This document shows positions 56,474-64,000 of a DNA stretch of 64,000 nucleotides, piece after piece. The stretch covers positions 56,420,001 to 56,484,000 of the forward strand of contig NC_088854.1 of NCBI RefSeq assembly GCF_963853765.1, read 5' to 3'. Position numbers and translations under genes: made by a program. The notes beneath the pieces were generated by a model that saw only the letters and a list, made by a program, of their open reading frames with translations, made no database searches and was not told the origin of the DNA. Origin of the DNA: Magallana gigas. Taxonomy: Eukaryota. Every line of letters starts with the position of its first letter. Position 1 is the first letter of the stretch.

Positions 56474-59400
56474 ATGAATTACAGAACGTTAGAGAACAAC
56501 TACTGCAATGCTGCAACAGGCTTACTGCTTTGTGAATTAAGAATGTGGACAATGTTTTTTTATCTTCCATACTACATGTACTTAATTATATGATAATATG
56601 TCGATGCTTTTTGTGTTTTTATATCAGTGGTTGTGATTGTAGTGTATTTTTAGTTTGTCTTCCATGGACAAAAAACCTCATTGTATATGCCAGCCCTTTT
56701 AAAGATAATTTTCTATAGTTTTTTTTGAGACCAGTGACTGCCATGTTTATTTATGATGTTAAATTGTTACTCAAACTTGATGTTTACTTTGTGTATGCTG
56801 ACTGTGTCTTTCCAATGTATTGGTTTCCTAGCGTTTTGTAATTAGCTAACGCTTCTCCTCTTTCGAACTTTGGAGGGACATGCGCAGTTAAAGACTTGTA
56901 TGACCTTCTCCGCTACTGTTTATATTAAACATGATCTTTGTCATCTCTTTGTGCCACTGCTTGTGAGATAAATGTAAAATGATAGAACACAAATATACTT
57001 AGGTCTTGCTGCCTGTTACTTGCCGACATCTTTAGTAATAAATTTCTAAGACAAATGAATTGTGTCATGTTTTTGTATGTACAAGGTTTATGTTAAGGTT
57101 GATCTCTTATTATTAAAAAAAAAGAATCATACAACGGAATTATTTAAGAAAATGAAGAATTCTTTCAATTTCATTTAATTGTTTATTTATTACTTCCCAA
57201 GTCCATCTCGACAGAAATTGGAGGAACTGAAAACATCTACTACCAATATATTCGAAATTTCAAAACCCAAGGAGACGCTTAGATTTAAACTTATCCAAGG
57301 CTTTATGTGTAAATGGGTGCTTTAGAATGATTTAATTGGACGTTTTCTGTAAAATTTGAAATTACTTGAGTTTGTAGTTTTTGATAAAAAAATCTGTTCA
57401 ATACTATACATGACCTATCAATATTAATATGCTATTTGGTTAACAATACTTGAAAACGGGTTAGTCTACTGGTCTATAGTATTTAAAAGTCTTTTCCGGA
57501 AGGGTGATTTAAAATCTAATTTTTCGATATTTATGTCCTCAACAGTTAGTTTGAGCATATGTAATTTTTGACCAACATTTGAATGTTAAAAACAGATTAT
57601 AAGCAATATATAAAAATATGAATTTAGGAACAGTATAGTCTTCATTTTGTTTATAAATAATGCACTGAAAATTTCGTTTACTTGATAATATTTATTTCAG
57701 TGCCGAGTACGATAAACGGTTTTATTTAGAGGGCCGATGGTCGCGGCCATTTTAGACTACCATATTTGCGTCCTTAAAAAGAAGAGCTCTATATAAAGAT
57801 GTAGAAAAATATTAAAATATTGAAGCTAAAATATATGAATGTTTTCTATACTTGATAATAGTATACAAGAATAGCTAAAAAATCATGTATAAAAATTTAA
57901 GGTAGATCTGATCGCTTCTTTGTTAACCAGTCAACCTTCTTAGCTTAACAAAAACAAGGCCTAGAGTTTTGTTTACAAAAGATAGAATCCGAACTCGTTA
58001 TCTTAAATGTTACTGACCAATGAAATTTAAATTCTGGTCAAGTTAAACATTCAAGATATTAACAAAATGGAATTTGATCCACTCTGCTCCTCTACAAAGG
58101 AACAGAGAGGCAGAGTGGATCGAAAGCCCTTGGCTAGCGAAGATGGGGCTAACAATCTTTCGTGTTTAAAGGTCATAAATTAACTATGGATGTCTGTATT
58201 ACAATCAAATGTTACATGTACTCAAAAGCTATACAATTACCGATACTTCGCTATTATATATCCTGGAGCTACAGTTCCATCCAAACAAAAAACTGTCTAT
58301 TTGTTGCGCACAAAAGGTTGCGCACGGTTTTGGTCTTATTAAACTAATATAGGAATATATTCTGTAAATATTTCTATGTTAAAAAAAATTTCTTAGATAA
58401 TTTACTACTGATTCACCATTTTACTTGCCTCAAAATTTTCTGAAAATTTTGAGTACAAATTGTGTCTAAATCTCTTTCAGGACTGTCTTATGGTAAGAAT
58501 ACCCTTAAAAAAAAATTTTGTGGTACAATAAAAGCAGTATTCATTATAAAGATTGAAGATTGTTGTAAAAAATTCAGTGAAGTTTATCATATATTATTAT
58601 TGCCAAAGCAATAAGATTTCTTGTAAGTTGAACCCCGCGCACTCGTATTAAAAAAACCCTGTACAAATATTAAATATTATTATTAGCTTCCCGTATCCAG
58701 GAAACTCTGCGTTGTTTTCTGTTCTATTCTGTTCTATTTTTCGTTTTAATTTATAAATCGGAAACAAGTAGAAAAAATATAAATTATGTACCGCCTAAAA
58801 ATTTTGCCTACAGAAAAAAAATATTATTTAATCGCTCGCCATCTCGTACCTTTTTTTTTCATTAGATGTCCGACGAACAAGAAATTATATTGGTGTGGCC
58901 TATTGTTATAATGCAAATATAGTGTCACATGACTTATTCCACTTATCTGAAATATAAAATTATAAGCACAACTGCTCAAATGCAAGAACAACCTTTATTT
59001 TCATGTAAAGAACATTCAAAAATAAAACTGGCCACTACAAAACAAAGAAACACAACGCAAATACAATCAAGATCTACAAACAATCCGATAAATTATAGTG
59101 ACATTGTAACTGCAGTATTTCTATTGAATTGACATATTTATACGCTTACATATTACTATCTGTCTATTTCGTGTTTTGATATATTAATGTACAAACAGTT
59201 CATCCTCTATAACGTGAGTCAACAGAATCTACATTGCAATTTTCGTTTTCTAATGTCCATAGTGTAAACTTTTAGAATGTATTATGTAATAAATCTTATT
59301 TATAATTTAATTATACATGTACTTTGCAAATAATACACACACAGTTACGTTAACGATAATGCCCATACTCGTTCACCGAATAATCCCTATCTTTACACGA

Positions 59401-60088
59401 CTAGGTCACATAAAACGATATTCAATAAGCCATCACAAATAAAGGACTAATATTGCTCTCCAAATTTTGATAGGAAATTGTTTGTCCAATCAAATATTTT
59501 ACATAACACAAAGATCTTTGGAATAATAGAGCTACTAGAAAATAAATTCAATCAGCATCTTGTTTATAGAAAGGAAGCAACGTGTAACTGTCCATGCTTG
59601 GCAGTCGTTCTAGTACAATGTCTTGACAACACAAAAACACATGCATTCAAATATCCAATATTCAAATATCCAAGAAAATAAATCAGATTGAGAAAAAAGA
59701 TTTAAGTTTTCTACCGAACGATGTTTTATAAATAAAGCTTGATAAAAATGTATGTTAACAAAAAAAGCAAAAAGTATATAAAAAAGACATTCATTTTTGT
59801 TATAATTACTGAAACGAGAGAGTTTTTTTTTTGCAGGGACAAAATGTATAAACACACTTTGATTTTCACTGTATACATGGAATTTAAAGACTGGTTTTCT
59901 ATTTACAAAGGCAAAAAATAACAAGCACATGAAGCTGAGCACGAATTTAAAAAGAGGGAAAAGATTTCTATATGAAGTGAACAACATGGACTTCGAGATT
60001 CATTCATTAGAAATATTTACTTCTATCGACATTGACACAGTACATAATGCTAATGACGTAATAGGAATCATTGTGACCGAATACTCAC

Positions 60089-63000
60089 TTCCAGTTCGAC
60101 TGTCGGAAAAGACGGAATGACTGAATAAAATGATCATTGAAGAAAGTCCAGCTACCATACACACATATTCACATAAAAGTATATAGATTCACAAGTTGCT
60201 TTATACTTTAAACAATTTGTTAATTCACAAGTTGTTTTATACTTCAAACAGGCCTACCTATTTGTTGCTTAACATTTTCGTACCCAGATAGACAGGATTT
60301 CAGAATCTGTTCCAACTTAGCGACAGTATTGATGGAGATGTTTTTGGAGTTCTTCTCTGCATCTATTAACGTCAAAGCTTGCCTGATTTTATCAGAAACG
60401 TCTGTAATGGCGGCACACACGTGAGGGTTGGTGTCCTGGTACTTAGCATACATGGTGTTAAGCTGGTTGTCCACCAGTTTAAAGTTGTCATGGAACTTGT
60501 CAACCATCACTCTTCTTTTCTTTAAATGGATATCCCTAAAGATCAAACAATTGTGTCACGTTAAACGTTTCTCTTCAAAAACTTCCTACCTGTTTCATAG
60601 AAAGAAGTGATGCAAAATATGAAACTTACTGTGTAATTTCTTCTTGCTTTTGTTTGTCTTGTTCTTCCTAGAATGAAATAATCAATAATCATAACAAACT
60701 GAAAATCAAACAGAAGAGAGGTAATTTGTAGGTAATGTATTTATGAGAAAGTTACTCACCAGTAACTGTGTCAGTAAACTGAAGTGTTTATCTAAATCTT
60801 GTAATGATATCATCAGGTATCTAAGATGCGTTTCTGCATTGAACTCGCCGAGCTCTTTCTTAAAATAAAGCAGACAATTTCTGTAGCACTTGGCTTTGGT
60901 TTTAATTTTTTGAAGCCGTTTTTTAGTCAGCGGTCCAGTAAAGGAGAGCATCATCGCTTTTCTTGCTTTATGAATTTCCTCCATTCCACTTTTCAACCTT
61001 TGCACCTGTTCTTTATTTTCAGACGATTCTGCTTCCGCCATTTCTTTTTTTGAATTCTCGAGTTTTTCTCGAAGTGATAGCAGTTTCTGAAAAGCCTTTG
61101 ATGGTATGTATCCCGACAACACAAGAACTAAACTTTCTTCTGAGAAATGACTGGTTTTCTCTTCTGCTGTTAGTAACTCATTTGGCACTCGTCGATTAGG
61201 AACACCAAAATGTGCTCCGTACGTTGTGACCCTCTGCACCAGATCGGTCTCAATTTGTTGCATGTCTTGTCGAATAGAAAACAAATGCACACTCGAAGTG
61301 TTGCCAGGCGGTACATCAATCTGTTCTTGGGTGTGATGCCAAAGTCTCTTCAAATGATCCCTTACAATCTCCAACTCTTTCTCTATCAGATTTTTCGTGA
61401 AATTTAAAGGCTCAAATGGTCTTATTTCTAAAGCATTTTTATCATCTTTAACAACGTTTTCTGCAGTAGAAGCCGGGAATGATTGATTAGCACCCAATCG
61501 TTCGATTCTCATATTTTCTAAGGCAACTTCTACTTCTTTCCTTATTTTCGCTTTCATCGACTTTCTTTGATTCTTCGATAGCTCTGAAATCGTTAAATTC
61601 AAATCTACAGTGATCTTTGATGCTATTTCGTTGAAATCTGATTCTGAATGAAACTTTAATTCTCTTATCGCCCATGACCTTAAAGTTTCTGAAGATGCTG
61701 TGTTTCGAATTTTTTGAACAAAATGTTTTACTTCTTTAAACTGCTCTGCTGTTACATTGTCATTCCTATTTACATTCGTCGAAGTTTTATTCATATTTTG
61801 TTGCGCCATATATATTTTTAATTCTTTGTCTACATCGAAATCTTTTTGGCTGCTATTTGAGACAACTCTGCCAACTGTCTCGCCTTTGATTACTTCAACG
61901 TTGGTAGGATTCTGCATCGAAATTTCCGACCAAGCATTGGCTACCTTGGATGTGTAATTCTTTCTTTCATTTTGAATTCTGTTGACATCTTTATATTCTT
62001 TGGTCTTGGAAGCAATGCCTTCTACAGACTTTATTATGACTTCATTATCGTCGTTTATTCTTTCTTTCCTGTTATTTTCTATATAAACATTTCTCTTTGG
62101 CTTCGCGTGTTTGTCGCCGCATTCACGAATATTGGAAACTTGTTTTTCTGACGAGTGTCGTTTTTCACTGCTTAAACTGCGATCACGCGATCTATATCGT
62201 GTGCCTCCACCTAAGCTTCGACCACGTGACCTATACAGCCTCTCACTGCTTGAACTACGACCATGTGACCTGTAAAGCCTCTCACTGCTTGAACTACGAT
62301 CGCGTGATCGGAAACGCCTCTCGCTACTTGAACTATGATCACGTGATTTGTACCTTCTACTACGACTTGCACTGCGGCCACGTGATCTAAATCGCTTTTC
62401 CCGACTTGCACTGCGGCTTGCACTGCGACAACGTGATCTATATCGCCTTTCCCGACTTGCACTTCGACCACGGGATTTTTTTCGTCTTTCACTACTTGAA
62501 CTACGTTCACGAGATTTATATCGTCTCCCCTCACTTGGACTTCTTTCACGTGATTTATATCTTCCTTTCATTTTGTATCGGCGTGACTTGTATTTTACTT
62601 CACTGCTTGAACTTCTACTTCTTGATCTAAATCGTCTTGAATTATAATCATGTGATCTGCTGGAATAGTTATCTTTTTTACTGAATTTGTAGCTTTCCTT
62701 CTCTCTTTCTGAATGTCCTTTTCTGTCAACTTCGTGTTCACTGTTAACACATGCAACCTTCTCTACACTTCTGCTATCAGTCTGCGATACGATAATTGCT
62801 GAATCCCATACATCTGTATCTTTACTTCTTACAGTAACACTTAAGCCTGTGTTGTATTTGCTTAAAATTTTGTCACTCGTATCATCACTCTCATGTATAG
62901 CAACTGTTCTATTTTCAGTAGCCAGTGTGGCTTTTTGACTTTCTTTCATTTCCGTGCCTTTCTCATTTATTTCTCCTTCTTCTAACTCCTCGTCCGATAT

Positions 63001-64000
63001 TTCTATTAAATCGGCGCCTGATTTTAACTGAACTTTTCTGCTCACTCGGGGCGACCCGGAACTAGACCGAAGGTCATCCAGCTGTTTTCTTATCATTTCT
63101 CTTTTACGAGCAAGTCCATCTATTGATATATCAAGATGGTCACTATCGTCCGAGTGTCTCTCGGGACTTTCGCTTACATCAATCACTTCACAAGGATGGT
63201 GTTCATGATCGGGACTTGCGGGTGTTTCTGGTTCAGGGCTGGCAGGAGTCTCCAAAATCACATTTCGAACAGTGTCTTCGGGACTAGCCGGAGTGTCTGT
63301 TATGTCCTCTTTTAGATGAGTTTCATCGTCTATTAACGTAAACGTGTTTTTAAATGCAGGTTTTGGTTTGTCAAAATTGTGTTTCCCTGAAAGATAACTG
63401 CGAGTGGATTCCTTGTTCTTTGAGTTGTCGTCTACATTTTCCTGCATAATTTCTAGCTGTTTAGTTGCTGTAATAAAATCACCAGGAACTAATGATCTAT
63501 TTTCTTTATCCACTGAAGCAGGCCTGTTTTCAACAAATGTTGAAACTGCATCTCTTTCAGATGACTTGTTTTTTCCATTCTCATATTTGTCAAATATCTC
63601 GTTTGGTTTCGTAGTGGATTCATTTCTGCCAGCTTCCTCCGGCTGGCATCCATAGACTAAAAAAGAATCTGATCTCTTTTTCTGAGGACTTGGAGAGAGC
63701 GACATATCAGTGTACGAGTCATTTGGACTATGAGATGTTGGTAAACTCATGGAATCAGCGTCCGTATAATTTTCCGTAAAGCTGCTTGATCCACTCTCTT
63801 TGACGTGTTTTTTCGGTACAAACTTTTCCGCAAACCAATCCATTACGTCGGTAGATTTTCTTTTCAAAGATGGAGTCTCATTTATCATAGCTTGTGTAGC
63901 TGCCGCCGGCGTTTGTTCAAATTGATGTAACTGATAAGGAGGTACACCCTGATGGATTGGTTGAGAATGCACATTTTGTGGCGAAGGGACAGGATTTACC
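60089..64000 (-). CDS. Large uncharacterised protein with an Arg/Ser repeat region and C-terminal helical/coiled-coil part; 5' end beyond the window
   Basis: Frame open from the window edge to a donor at 60760 (>3.2-kb exon), then phase-consistent exons 60667-60630, 60535-60258, 60120-60089. Possible terminal exon 59898-59884 (KTSL*), uncertain. No known domain recognised. Confidence 0.8.

Noticed and set aside
62097-62647. Overlapping ORFs with periodic peptides
   Set aside because: Alternate frames and antisense of the RS repeat.

Overview
AT-rich, intron-containing animal genomic DNA. Gene content and repeat families suggest a bivalve mollusc such as an oyster (inference). Exon-by-exon models with consistent splice phases support these genes: a CUB-LDLa-TM membrane protein (+), a RING-less TRIM45-like protein (-), a secreted fibrinogen-domain protein (+), three tandem SLC16/MCT transporter copies (-; one intact, one frameshifted, one truncated and rearranged), RABGGTB (+), MORN5 (-), a molluscan neurofilament-type intermediate filament gene (+), and a 5'-truncated RS-repeat protein (-). 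The four most notable observations follow. (1) A ~1 kb acidic candidate exon in the neurofilament gene has the same splice phases as the normal 98-nt exon, so it may encode an NF220-like tail isoform. (2) A 2.36-kb palindrome is built from two hairpin-ended elements lying in opposite orientation in (TA)n tracts. (3) The MCT cluster shows 3'-biased homogenisation and an inverted exon-1 copy. (4) Reading-frame phase requires GC-AG introns in two unrelated genes. No CRISPR array, rRNA or intact tRNA was seen. All homology calls are from recalled motifs; no searches were run.
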